A stretch of DNA of 64,000 bases, taken from the NCBI GenBank assembly GCA_002452155.1, contig DKEK01000002.1, forward strand, positions 85,750 through 149,749, read 5' to 3'. The notes beneath the pieces are model-generated. The model saw only the letters and a list, made by a program, of their open reading frames with translations. It was not told the origin of the DNA and made no database searches. The translations under genes were made by a program, and so were the position numbers. Origin of the DNA: Candidatus Saccharibacteria bacterium UBA6824 (GTDB lineage: Bacteria > Patescibacteriota > Saccharimonadia > Saccharimonadales > UBA10212). Positions 30,740 to 39,565 of this stretch are shown in pieces (position 1 is the first letter of the stretch; the number at the start of each line of letters is the position of its first letter).

Positions 30740-31804
30740 GTGAACAAAGCAACAAGCATTGTAGAAATCAACGGCAACCGCTACGACGCGGTTAGCGGAC
30801 AATTAATCGGGGCGGTCAAAAAGGCTGCCTACCACGCTATAAAACCCACCCAGGGTTTAAGTATTGACGGCTTCACGCGCCGCCGGGCAGCTAAAGCTTT
30901 GGTCCTCGCCAAGCGCTCCGTGCATGAGCAGAGGCGCCACCCCGAACACTCTAAAACGTTGATGCGTTCCACCGTTAAAAAACCGGCCCGCGCCAAATCA
31001 GAGGATAAAATAAAGTCCCGGGGACTATCACCTGATCACGCCCGAGCCGACCGCGCCAGCCGCGTGCCCAAAAGCTCTAGCGTCGAGCGCTTTGGCGCGG
31101 CGTCCGGCCGCAGCTCTAAGGCTAAAATCGGCGAAGTAATCGCCCCGAACCCTAAGTTACCAGTTCGTACGGCTGCGGCGGCAACCGCCTCACTGCCGAG
31201 TATTATGGCCGACGCTTCACACCACAAGTTAGAGCGGCTACTGGATTATGCCCTAGCTCACGCCGATGCCCATAAAAAATCACTAGACGATGATGCTCGG
31301 GCGAAGCGTAAAGTTTTTGGCCGCCTGCCCAGATGGCTGGTGATCGGTTTGGTGATTACAGCTTTAGTAACCATCGCCGGCTTTGTGCTTTGGCGCGTGG
31401 TACCGGGGGCCTCATTTAAACTGGCCGCCACTAAGGCTCACGTTAACGCCAAGATGCCGACGCCGATTTCCGGCTACAGGATTGGGCCTATATCTTCGTC
31501 CCAAAACGCCGTAACCACCACCATCCAGTCAACTTCGGACAGTGCCAAAAAATATACCGTAACAGAACAAACTTCTAACCAGCCGGCCGCTTCACTGGCG
31601 GCCAGCGCCGCTACTGGGTCCTCGGGAGGCTCCGCCCAAGTCCAAACAGTCCAGGACCAAGATAAAACATACATACTGTCACAAGACGGCAACAAGAGTA
31701 CGGCGGTCTGTATCAAGGGTAATAATACCGTTAGCGTCGAAGCTGTGGACCTTAATGTCGCCCAGCTACTTGAAGCGATTAAAGACGCTTGCAAGGGCCT
31801 CTAG
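30740..31804 (+). CDS. Hypothetical bitopic membrane protein with basic cytoplasmic N-terminus
   Basis: IVEINGNRYDAVSG, HSKTLMRSTVKKP, single TM, extracellular C-terminus. Confidence 0.75.
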   Translation: MNKATSIVEINGNRYDAVSGQLIGAVKKAAYHAIKPTQGLSIDGFTRRRAAKALVLAKRSVHEQRRHPEHSKTLMRSTVKKPARAKSEDKIKSRGLSPDHARADRASRVPKSSSVERFGAASGRSSKAKIGEVIAPNPKLPVRTAAAATASLPSIMADASHHKLERLLDYALAHADAHKKSLDDDARAKRKVFGRLPRWLVIGLVITALVTIAGFVLWRVVPGASFKLAATKAHVNAKMPTPISGYRIGPISSSQNAVTTTIQSTSDSAKKYTVTEQTSNQPAASLAASAATGSSGGSAQVQTVQDQDKTYILSQDGNKSTAVCIKGNNTVSVEAVDLNVAQLLEAIKDACKGL

Positions 31805-31877
31805 TAGCCAGGAGACAGACAACGCAGGTCAGAAAGACAGCCCTAAGGGGGCTTTTTTAAAGTACAATATAGGGGCA

Positions 31878-33299
31878 ATGAGCCAAAAAAAAGTTAGGAC
31901 CCGGTTTGCCCCGAGTCCGACGGGTTATTTACACGTCGGAGGCGTCCGCACGGCACTGTTTGCATGGCTGGTCGCCAAACAAGCCGGCGGCCAATTTATG
32001 CTACGGATTGAAGATACCGACCGCAGCCGCCACTTGGAGGAATCGGAGCAGCATATAATCGATAGTTTGCAGTGGCTGGGCATCGAACCCCACGAAAAGC
32101 CGGTCCGCCAAAGCCAGCGCCTGGATATTTATAAAAGGTGGGCGCAAAAGCTCGTGGAGTCGGGCGGGGCATATGCTGATAAGACTTCCGAAGAGCAGTT
32201 GGAGGAACTACGCAAAAAGGCGAAAGCCCAAAAACAACCGTTTTTATTCCGCGACCACCGGCCCGGCAACCCGCCAGCGTGGGATGGCAGCACTCCCTTG
32301 CGCTTCAAGTCTGACCCCAAGGAGTATAAATGGCACGACGAAGTAATGGGCGACCTCTCTACCGGACCGGAAGCAATTGATGACTTTATTATTATCAAGT
32401 CTGACGGCTATCCGACATATAACTTTGCCCATATCATAGATGACCACGAAATGAATATCAGCCACGTTATCCGCAGCCAGGAGTTCCTACCCTCCGTACC
32501 CAAGTTTCTAAACCTTTATGAAGCTTTAGAAATTGAAAGGCCGAAACTGGCTACCTTGCCTTATGTGATGGGTCCGGACGGTAAGAAGAAACTGTCCAAG
32601 CGCGATGGCGCCAAGGATATTTTGGATTATAAGCGGCAGGGCTATTTGCCTGAAGCCCTGATTAACTTCTTGGCTACTCTTGGCTGGAACGACGGCACCG
32701 AGCAAGAAATATTCACCGATGCCGAGCTGATTAAAAAATTTGATTTATCCCGGGTGCAGCGCAGTGGTGCACAGTTTGACGAGCAAAGGCTGCTGTGGAT
32801 GAATGGCCATTACCTCCGCGAGCTACCGCTAGATGATCTGCTAAAAAAAGCCGGGAAGTTTTGGCCGCCGGCGGCCAAAAACGCAGAGGCTTCATATAAA
32901 AAAGCCGTCCTGGGGCTGGTGCAAGATAGGTTAAAGTACTTGGCCGAGTTAGCAGATTTGACAGTTTTTTTCTTCGCCGAACCGAAAGCTTTGGACGTCG
33001 CAGCCCTCTATAAAAAGCCGGTTGACAAGCAGCTGCAGAAAAACCCGCCCGACTACAAAAACCTGCTTGAAATGGTTATTGAAGAATTGTCGGGTAGTGA
33101 TTTTTCAATCAAAGACATTCAGACGCGGCTGAACAAACTGCTGGGCAGTTTAGGTACCAAACCGGCTATCTTATTCCCGGTTATCCGGATTGCAATTAGC
33201 GGCAGCTCCGTGTCGCCGGAAATCTTTGGCACACTGCACGTCCTGGGCAAACAAATATCGCTGCAGCGCCTCAAAACAGCTTTACAGAGCCTGGAATAA
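31878..33299 (+). CDS. gltX: Glutamate--tRNA ligase
   Basis: RTRFAPSPTGYLHVGG, LRIEDTD, KLSKR; start ATG 31878. Confidence 0.97.
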   Translation: MSQKKVRTRFAPSPTGYLHVGGVRTALFAWLVAKQAGGQFMLRIEDTDRSRHLEESEQHIIDSLQWLGIEPHEKPVRQSQRLDIYKRWAQKLVESGGAYADKTSEEQLEELRKKAKAQKQPFLFRDHRPGNPPAWDGSTPLRFKSDPKEYKWHDEVMGDLSTGPEAIDDFIIIKSDGYPTYNFAHIIDDHEMNISHVIRSQEFLPSVPKFLNLYEALEIERPKLATLPYVMGPDGKKKLSKRDGAKDILDYKRQGYLPEALINFLATLGWNDGTEQEIFTDAELIKKFDLSRVQRSGAQFDEQRLLWMNGHYLRELPLDDLLKKAGKFWPPAAKNAEASYKKAVLGLVQDRLKYLAELADLTVFFFAEPKALDVAALYKKPVDKQLQKNPPDYKNLLEMVIEELSGSDFSIKDIQTRLNKLLGSLGTKPAILFPVIRIAISGSSVSPEIFGTLHVLGKQISLQRLKTALQSLE

Positions 33300-33327
33300 A
33301 GCCCTCAAGCTTTGATACAATAGTTTA

Positions 33328-34545
33328 ATGTCAGATGATACTCCGCCGAATGACGAGTCCAAACAGCCGGCGGCCGCCCCCCAGCCGAAACCAGTAATCG
33401 GGCTGCGCAATAGCTCTTTGGGAAGAAGGCTGCCGGCAGATTCAGCGCCAAGCCAACCCGTAGCCGTCACCAAAAACAAGCGCCGGATGATGCCGGCTTT
33501 TTGGTACCGCTGGGACCGCAAGACCAAAATCTTATCAAGCACGGCTTTAGTTTTAGTTCTGGTTGCCGCCAGTGCGGCAGTTTATAGTACTTTTATTAAT
33601 AAATCCCACGGCTCTACGCAGTCAAAAACCGGCGGTAAAGTAGACAATAGAGTTGCTTCGCCTCTCACCGGTGTTAAAGTCGAGCCGGATCTAGCCAAAC
33701 GGCCTGTCACCGGCATTATGATCGAAAATAGCCCCGATGCCCGGCCGCAGTCCGGCCTGCAAAACGCCGGCGTTGTCTTTGAGGGCATCGCCGAGGGCGG
33801 CATTACCCGTTTCTTAGGGCTTTTCCAGGAGGGGCAGCCGCCCTACGTCGGGCCGGTGCGCAGTCTACGCACCTATTATATTGATTGGGCGGGCAGCTTT
33901 GACGCCAGCATCGCCCACATCGGCGGCAGTCCGGCTGCCCTGGATCGAATGCGTACCGGCGGCAAAGACCTCGATCAATTTTTCAACGCCGGCAGCTACC
34001 TGCGGGTAAATAGCCGGCCGGCACCCCATAATGTCTACACCAGCTTCGCTAAAATGGATGCCCTCAATCAAGCTAAAGGCTATACCAGCAGTAAGTTTGA
34101 CAGCTGGCCGCGTAAGGGCGACAAACCTCTAGTTACACCGACCGCTAAACTCATAGATGCTGACATATCGAGCGCCGCCTACAACTCGCACTACAATTAT
34201 GACGCTAACTCTAATGCGTACCTGCGCAGTGAGGGCGGCGTACCGCATATTGCCACGGCTGCCGAAGACGGGGGCGGGTCGCTGCAGCTGCAACCCAAAG
34301 TCTTGCTTATATTAGTTATGGGTTTTAGCATTGTAGACGATGACGGCCATGGCGGTTATGACACTATCGGCAGTGGGCCGCTATACGTTTTTCAGGACGG
34401 CGGTGTAACCCACGGCAGTTGGAGTAAGGCCAGCCCTCCGGCCCAATTTGTCTTCAAAGACGACGCCGGCAACCCCGTAAAGCTAAACGCCGGCCAAGCC
34501 TGGGTTACAGCCCTCCAGGACGGGCAACTCCACTACAGCCCCTAG
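33328..34545 (+). CDS. DUF3048 (YerB-like) membrane-anchored protein
   Basis: SPLTG, RPV.IMIENSPDARPQSGL, AEGGITRF, GPVRS, APHNVY. Confidence 0.9.
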   Translation: MSDDTPPNDESKQPAAAPQPKPVIGLRNSSLGRRLPADSAPSQPVAVTKNKRRMMPAFWYRWDRKTKILSSTALVLVLVAASAAVYSTFINKSHGSTQSKTGGKVDNRVASPLTGVKVEPDLAKRPVTGIMIENSPDARPQSGLQNAGVVFEGIAEGGITRFLGLFQEGQPPYVGPVRSLRTYYIDWAGSFDASIAHIGGSPAALDRMRTGGKDLDQFFNAGSYLRVNSRPAPHNVYTSFAKMDALNQAKGYTSSKFDSWPRKGDKPLVTPTAKLIDADISSAAYNSHYNYDANSNAYLRSEGGVPHIATAAEDGGGSLQLQPKVLLILVMGFSIVDDDGHGGYDTIGSGPLYVFQDGGVTHGSWSKASPPAQFVFKDDAGNPVKLNAGQAWVTALQDGQLHYSP

Positions 34546-34710
34546 AACGCCACACTGCACCAGCCTGCTTGCATGCGAAGCACGCAACTCCGCTGATGCT
34601 CTTGGCGCATTACGGCGTCAGAGCCTGCGCCGCTCCTTCAACGTATTTCTATACGTCTTAGTCTGCTGCTCGACTCTTCCTTGTTCTGCACTCAAGTGTG
34701 GCGTTCTAGG
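34541..34710. mobile_element. MITE-like element with 16-bp terminal inverted repeats
   Basis: CCTAGAACGCCACACT (34541-34556) / AGTGTGGCGTTCTAGG (34695-34710); no ORF; CTAG at both ends. Confidence 0.75.
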
Positions 34711-34901
34711 CGCGTAGTGGTAGGTGATAGTAGACTAACCACCCCTGTTTTGTTAAACTTACACCGTTCTTTTTGCAACTTTACCAATTTTGCAAGGTCG
34801 TGCGTAAGCAGATCCTTGTAAAATTGAAGAGGAGGAAGCGACCTGAGGCTGAAAGTAAGCAAGTATGCGCGCTTACGAAAGTCGAACGTCGATTCCGACG
34901 A

Positions 34902-34976
34902 GGCGCTATCGTCTAGCGGTTAGGACGCCAGGTTCTCATCCTGGTAACCGGGGTTCGATTCCCCGTAGCGTCACCA
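34902..34976 (+). tRNA. tRNA-Glu(CTC)
   Basis: GGCGCTA/TAGCGTC acceptor, CCAGG-TT-CTC-AT-CCTGG, TTCGATT, encoded CCA. Confidence 0.97.
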
Positions 34977-35002
34977 GCTTTTGACCGAAAAGGATATTTA
35001 TT

Positions 35003-35578
35003 TTATTCTGCGATAATATTTTTTGCCGCGGAAGCAAAAGCGGTATTTATGCTTTGAAGTTGTGTTTGATAGCTTGTGTCTGTGGTGCAGGGCTTATTCT
35101 TTATCCAGGTGCTATTGTAACCATAGTAGTAACCGCCAATCGTAGTGCCATCTGGGTATTTTTGCTGATAACTCTCACCACTCACTGGATCGGTGTAGTT
35201 TGAGGAGGTCCTTGCAAGGGATGCCAGGGGAGTTTGTCCGCTGTTTGCGCTTGAGGCTGCGCAATGACTAACTCCATCTAAAGATTTCAGCCCAAGCCAG
35301 ATTGTGTTGGGTTGTCCGTTGCTATCTTGTGAGCTAGTACTTACTACATAATATGCATCAGCAACATCATTTGAGAGTGGCAACTTAACCTTCCACTCGC
35401 TAATACTTAGGTATGACTGAGTTGGAGGTTTTTGCGTAGTTGTCTGTGAAGATGAGCCAGGGCTGGTTGTCTTCTTGTTGCTGTGTCTGTACACCAAAGT
35501 TCCACCTACCGCGAGCATTGTAACAACTACAATTACTAGGAGAGCTACAATTAGACCAAAGCCGTTATCCTTTTTAAT
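35003..35578 (-). CDS. Pilin-like-leader surface protein (probable ATT start)
   Basis: In-frame extension IKKDNGFGLIVALLVIVVVT upstream of ATG 35518; YLSISEWKVKLPL. Confidence 0.7.
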   Translation of the reverse strand: MKKDNGFGLIVALLVIVVVTMLAVGGTLVYRHSNKKTTSPGSSSQTTTQKPPTQSYLSISEWKVKLPLSNDVADAYYVVSTSSQDSNGQPNTIWLGLKSLDGVSHCAASSANSGQTPLASLARTSSNYTDPVSGESYQQKYPDGTTIGGYYYGYNSTWIKNKPCTTDTSYQTQLQSINTAFASAAKNIIAE

Positions 35579-35590
35579 ACGATATCCCCA

Positions 35591-36277
35591 TTAATAACTT
35601 AAAGACTGCAGAATGGATATGGCTGTAGTGACCTCTGACTGTTTTGAGAAATTATCGTATGTACTATAGATAAGCACACCGCCGGCTTGTGCTGGTTTGA
35701 CGTAGTTGCCGCTCCATCTTACAACATAGCCAGTCTGAGACTTAGACGTGTAGTAAGGCCACGATTTTATGGGCTGCGCTTGGATATCCGTATATTCCGA
35801 AATACTTAGCGTTTGATATGGTTGCCCATTTACCGTCTGGCTATTAACCACAATGTATAAGTCCTTGCCATAGTTACTTGATGAGAGCTTCGTAACACCA
35901 TTGTAGGCACAACCATCACATCCAAAAGATGAATTACTATTTAACTTATAAACATCGTATTTGAGAGTAAAGTTGTTTGGTCCCTGAACAGAAACAGACT
36001 CCTTAGTATTGGTATCACGTGGATCCAAAGTATCCGTTAGTTGCCAATCGCTAGGATATCTAATACTGAACCCTTCAACACTTGACTTGTATGTCTTCCA
36101 ACCAGCATATGGATCAGCCGCCTGACTTTGAGTATTGCTGGAGGTATTACTAGCTGATGAGTTGTTTGTTGTCTTATGGCTATGTCTGTAAACAAACACT
36201 CCAGTTACTGCAACAACAGCAATAATTGCGACTGCAACAAGGGCTGGAATTAAGCCAAAGCCATCACTTTTCTTCAT
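35591..36277 (-). CDS. Pilin-like-leader surface protein with PsbP-like domain
   Basis: MKKSDGFGL plus TM, S/T linker, DPYAGWKTY....FSIRYPSDW. Confidence 0.8.
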   Translation of the reverse strand: MKKSDGFGLIPALVAVAIIAVVAVTGVFVYRHSHKTTNNSSASNTSSNTQSQAADPYAGWKTYKSSVEGFSIRYPSDWQLTDTLDPRDTNTKESVSVQGPNNFTLKYDVYKLNSNSSFGCDGCAYNGVTKLSSSNYGKDLYIVVNSQTVNGQPYQTLSISEYTDIQAQPIKSWPYYTSKSQTGYVVRWSGNYVKPAQAGGVLIYSTYDNFSKQSEVTTAISILQSLSY

Positions 36278-36358
36278 ATTCTACTTCCTCTCCTGAGGCA
36301 CAGTATATCTCAAGTAGTTAGGTTAGAGAAGGTAGTAAGGTCTTTGAAATATATCAAC

Positions 36359-36409
36359 ATATTCCAAATCGATTTGGAATATTGCCAAGGCAAAGTTGGT
36401 GTTTATAAT
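36359..36409 (+). promoter_or_regulatory. 24-bp perfect palindrome abutting a sigma70 promoter of the dinB cassette
   Basis: ATATTCCAAATCGATTTGGAATAT 36359-36382; TTGCCA 36382-36387, 16 bp, TATAAT 36404-36409. Confidence 0.7.
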
Positions 36410-36639
36410 TAAAGTTAGCCATGTGTGGGCTGTCGCCCGGGCGACTTCCTCCGCACAGACTTATGTAGCCTTTAGCTAGTAGCTTTTAGCTGTTAGCTCC
36501 AACAAGTTAGCTCCTGGTCACGAAACTCTAATGAACGGTTAGTAAGTTTTTACCCAGCAGCTCCCCTAAAAATCCGTTCGCCCCATCTAAAACAGATGAA
36601 GGCCCTCTTTTTATAACCTAAAGATCAGGAGACAAGAAA

Positions 36640-36960
36640 ATGGAAAATCTAACCGAAATTAACAAAGATGTCAGCATCGTAGCCTACTACTTTAGGCAGG
36701 GCACCAAGCGCCTGCGCTGCTTTCCTAAAAGGATGGAATACGACGGCAAGAGTGTGGTCTTCACAGAACAAGGTCTGCGCCATCCAACCAGAAAAGGCCA
36801 GCGTATGATCCATGTGTTTGACATGACCGATGGTAACGCCGATTACCGGCTGGAGTTCGACGCCGAGCAGCTGACCTGGAAATTGGTTTACATAGCCGAC
36901 CAAAGCTACGGCCCCCTGGAGCCGCAATATGCCGCACCCAAAACTTCAGCTGCCTATTAG
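36640..36960 (+). CDS. Small beta-rich protein overlapping dinB (DUF6504-like)
   Basis: AGGAG RBS; FPKRMEYDG...HVF..TDG...YRLEFD....TWKL. Confidence 0.7.
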   Translation: MENLTEINKDVSIVAYYFRQGTKRLRCFPKRMEYDGKSVVFTEQGLRHPTRKGQRMIHVFDMTDGNADYRLEFDAEQLTWKLVYIADQSYGPLEPQYAAPKTSAAY

Positions 36961-38200
36961 CCACGCCAAGCCGCAGGTCATGCACATTGACCTCAACAGT
37001 TGCTTCTCTACAGTTGAGCAGCAGGCCAGGCCGTTGCTGCGCGGCCGGCCGGTAGGTGTCACTAACCGCAAAACCCCCAATGCCACGGTTGTGGCGGCTT
37101 CTATTGAGGCTAAAGCCCTGGGCGTCAAAGTGGGCATGACGGCACACGACGCCAAGATTCTGGTGCCGGGCTTGGTGATGTTAGAAACCGACCCGCCTAA
37201 ATACCACCACGTTTACCAGATTCTGGTCAATATTATGCGGTCTTATTCGCCCAACATCGTCATGAAAAGCATCGACGAGGGCATCATCAATTTTGAAAGC
37301 ACTATGGGCATTATTAATAAGCGGCCGCTGGCCGATATCGGCTGTGAAATAAAGCAGCGCCTGCGCGACGAAGTCGGCTGCTGGATGAAATGCAACATCG
37401 GTATCGCCCCCAACCGCTTTTTGGCTAAAACCGCCGCCGGGCTTCACAAACCGGATGGGCTGGATACTATCGATCACAAAAACCTCCGAAAAATCTTCTC
37501 TGAATTGCACTTAACCGACCTGAGCGGCATCGCCGAGCGCAATGCTGCCCGGCTAAATGCCCGCGGCATTTTTACCCCCTTGCAATTTCTTGACGCCCCG
37601 GCAGATTTACTCAAACGCCACGTATTTAAGAGTGTTTGCGGCGATGATTGGTATAAGCGTCTGCGGGGCTTTGAGGTAGACGATTTTGAATCCTCGGTCA
37701 AAACTGTCGGCCGGCAGTTTGTTTTAGACGACATGCAGCCCAGCGATGAAGTGCTGCGATCGCGCCTGGCCTACCTGTGTGAAACCACGGCTATGAAGCT
37801 GCGCTATAAGGGGCTGTGCGCCAGAGGCGTATATTTATACCTGTACTACGGCGGCGGCGATTCATGGTATGAGCGCCGGATGTTCAAAAGCACTTTCTTT
37901 TCAAACGCCGAAGTCCATCGCCGGGCAACATTGTTATTTAACCGACGTCCCCGGGGAGACTTCGTGCGCATGATAGCTGTTTCATGCTACGGCCTGGAGC
38001 CTTCCAACTTGAACCAAGTAAGTATATTAGATGAGCTGAACAGGGAAGTCTGGCTGACCGAAGCCGTAGACCAGATTAACAGCCAGTTCGGCGAATTTAC
38101 GGTGACTTATGCCAGCAGCCTGGACGCCAAGAGTGTTGTTAAACAAAAAATCCCGTTTGGGACTACAAGATATTTTGAGCTGCTCCTTAACGGAGCGTGA
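36929..38200 (+). CDS. dinB: Y-family DNA polymerase (Pol IV/DinB-like)
   Basis: MHIDLNSCFSTVEQ, AASIEAK..GVK.GM, SIDE, GIAPNRFLAK. Confidence 0.92.
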   Translation: MPHPKLQLPISHAKPQVMHIDLNSCFSTVEQQARPLLRGRPVGVTNRKTPNATVVAASIEAKALGVKVGMTAHDAKILVPGLVMLETDPPKYHHVYQILVNIMRSYSPNIVMKSIDEGIINFESTMGIINKRPLADIGCEIKQRLRDEVGCWMKCNIGIAPNRFLAKTAAGLHKPDGLDTIDHKNLRKIFSELHLTDLSGIAERNAARLNARGIFTPLQFLDAPADLLKRHVFKSVCGDDWYKRLRGFEVDDFESSVKTVGRQFVLDDMQPSDEVLRSRLAYLCETTAMKLRYKGLCARGVYLYLYYGGGDSWYERRMFKSTFFSNAEVHRRATLLFNRRPRGDFVRMIAVSCYGLEPSNLNQVSILDELNREVWLTEAVDQINSQFGEFTVTYASSLDAKSVVKQKIPFGTTRYFELLLNGA

Positions 38201-38272
38201 TTGTAAAATTAGCCGTAAAAACAGATAATGTAACCATTACAAGCTTCAGGAAGCTCGAGGTGGGCAATATAA

Positions 38273-39517
38273 ATGTTTTTTAAGAAAAAAACTGAGGGTC
38301 AAGGCAATAGCCCAAACGAGACATTGGCGGTTAGCGATAAGCTGGCCAAAGAGCAGGGGCTTAGCTCGGAATTTATATTAGGCGCCATTGAGGACGGCGT
38401 AGTCATGGTCGGCGCCGACAATATAATCCACCTGTTTAACCCAGCTGCTGGCCAAATTACCGGTTGGCCGGCGAATGAGGCTGTGGGCCTGGAATTCCAC
38501 AGTGTGTTGCCGCTGGTAGATGAACATGGCAGCCCTATCGCCGCAACTTTGCATCCCTTTGCCGCAGTTTTAGCCAGCGGTAAGGGCGTACGCGACAGCA
38601 AAAGCTTTTTGCAGACACGTAGCGGCAAGTTAATCCCTATTTCATTAATCGTCTCACCGATGGCCGGTAGCGTCGAGCGGGCACCGCGCGGTGTAGTCGG
38701 CGTTTTTCGCGACATCACCACCGAAAAGCAGGAAGAAGCTCGCCGCAGCGAATTTGTCAGTACTGCCAGCCACGAAATGCGGACGCCTATAGCGGCTATC
38801 GAAGGCTATCTGTCACTGGCGCTTAATCCCAAAGTGGCGCAGATCGACCCCCACGCCAAAAGTTATCTCGAAAAAGCCCACGTCGCCACCCAACATCTGG
38901 GTGAGTTGTTCGCCGACCTTCTAACCAGTTCTAAGGCCGAGGATGGCCGGATTGCCAGCTATCCGACAGCCGTCGAAGTCGGTGAGATCGTAGCCCAAGC
39001 CGCCGAGACCGGCCGCTTTAACGCCCAGAAGAAGGGCCTACAGCTCAAATATCAGGTCAGCAGCAACAAAGAAGTAACCGGCGGCAAGGTTATCCGGCCG
39101 CTATTTTACGCCTTCGTGGACCCCAACCGCTTGCGCGAAGTGCTGCAAAATCTAATTGACAACGCCATAAAGTACACGCCCGAAGGCACTATTACAGTAG
39201 CCTTAACCGGCGACAACAGTGTCATCCAAATGCAGGTAAAGGACACCGGTGCCGGTATACCCGAAGAGGACATCCCCCATCTGTTCCAGAAGTTCTACCG
39301 GGTAGATAGTTCAATGACCAGATCAATCGGCGGTACCGGCTTGGGCCTATACATCAGCCGCAAGATCGTCGAGATGTACAACGGCCATATCTGGGTCGAA
39401 AGCCAGCTTGATAAGGGCAGTACCTTCTTCATAAACTTGCCGCGGCTGAGCGCCGAACAGGCACTGGCAATGCAAAAGAACCAGGCCAATGTTGTCAGCC
39501 CTTTGGAACAACACTAA
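38273..39517 (+). CDS. Cytoplasmic PAS sensor histidine kinase
   Basis: PAS (FNPAA..ITGW...VFRDIT), ASHEMRTP, NLIDNAIKY, GGTGLGL; no TM. Confidence 0.93.
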   Translation: MFFKKKTEGQGNSPNETLAVSDKLAKEQGLSSEFILGAIEDGVVMVGADNIIHLFNPAAGQITGWPANEAVGLEFHSVLPLVDEHGSPIAATLHPFAAVLASGKGVRDSKSFLQTRSGKLIPISLIVSPMAGSVERAPRGVVGVFRDITTEKQEEARRSEFVSTASHEMRTPIAAIEGYLSLALNPKVAQIDPHAKSYLEKAHVATQHLGELFADLLTSSKAEDGRIASYPTAVEVGEIVAQAAETGRFNAQKKGLQLKYQVSSNKEVTGGKVIRPLFYAFVDPNRLREVLQNLIDNAIKYTPEGTITVALTGDNSVIQMQVKDTGAGIPEEDIPHLFQKFYRVDSSMTRSIGGTGLGLYISRKIVEMYNGHIWVESQLDKGSTFFINLPRLSAEQALAMQKNQANVVSPLEQH

Positions 39518-39565
39518 TAAAATGGGTGTTAAATTGAAGCATAAGCGTATAAAATTAAGCTAACT

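Noticed and set aside
31755-31877. N-terminal extension of GltX in the ORF track
   Set aside because: Overlaps the upstream gene; homology and the -10 position support ATG 31878
36517-36545. Hammerhead-like words (GAAA, CTAATGA) in the dinB leader
   Set aside because: Spacing leaves no room for the required stems
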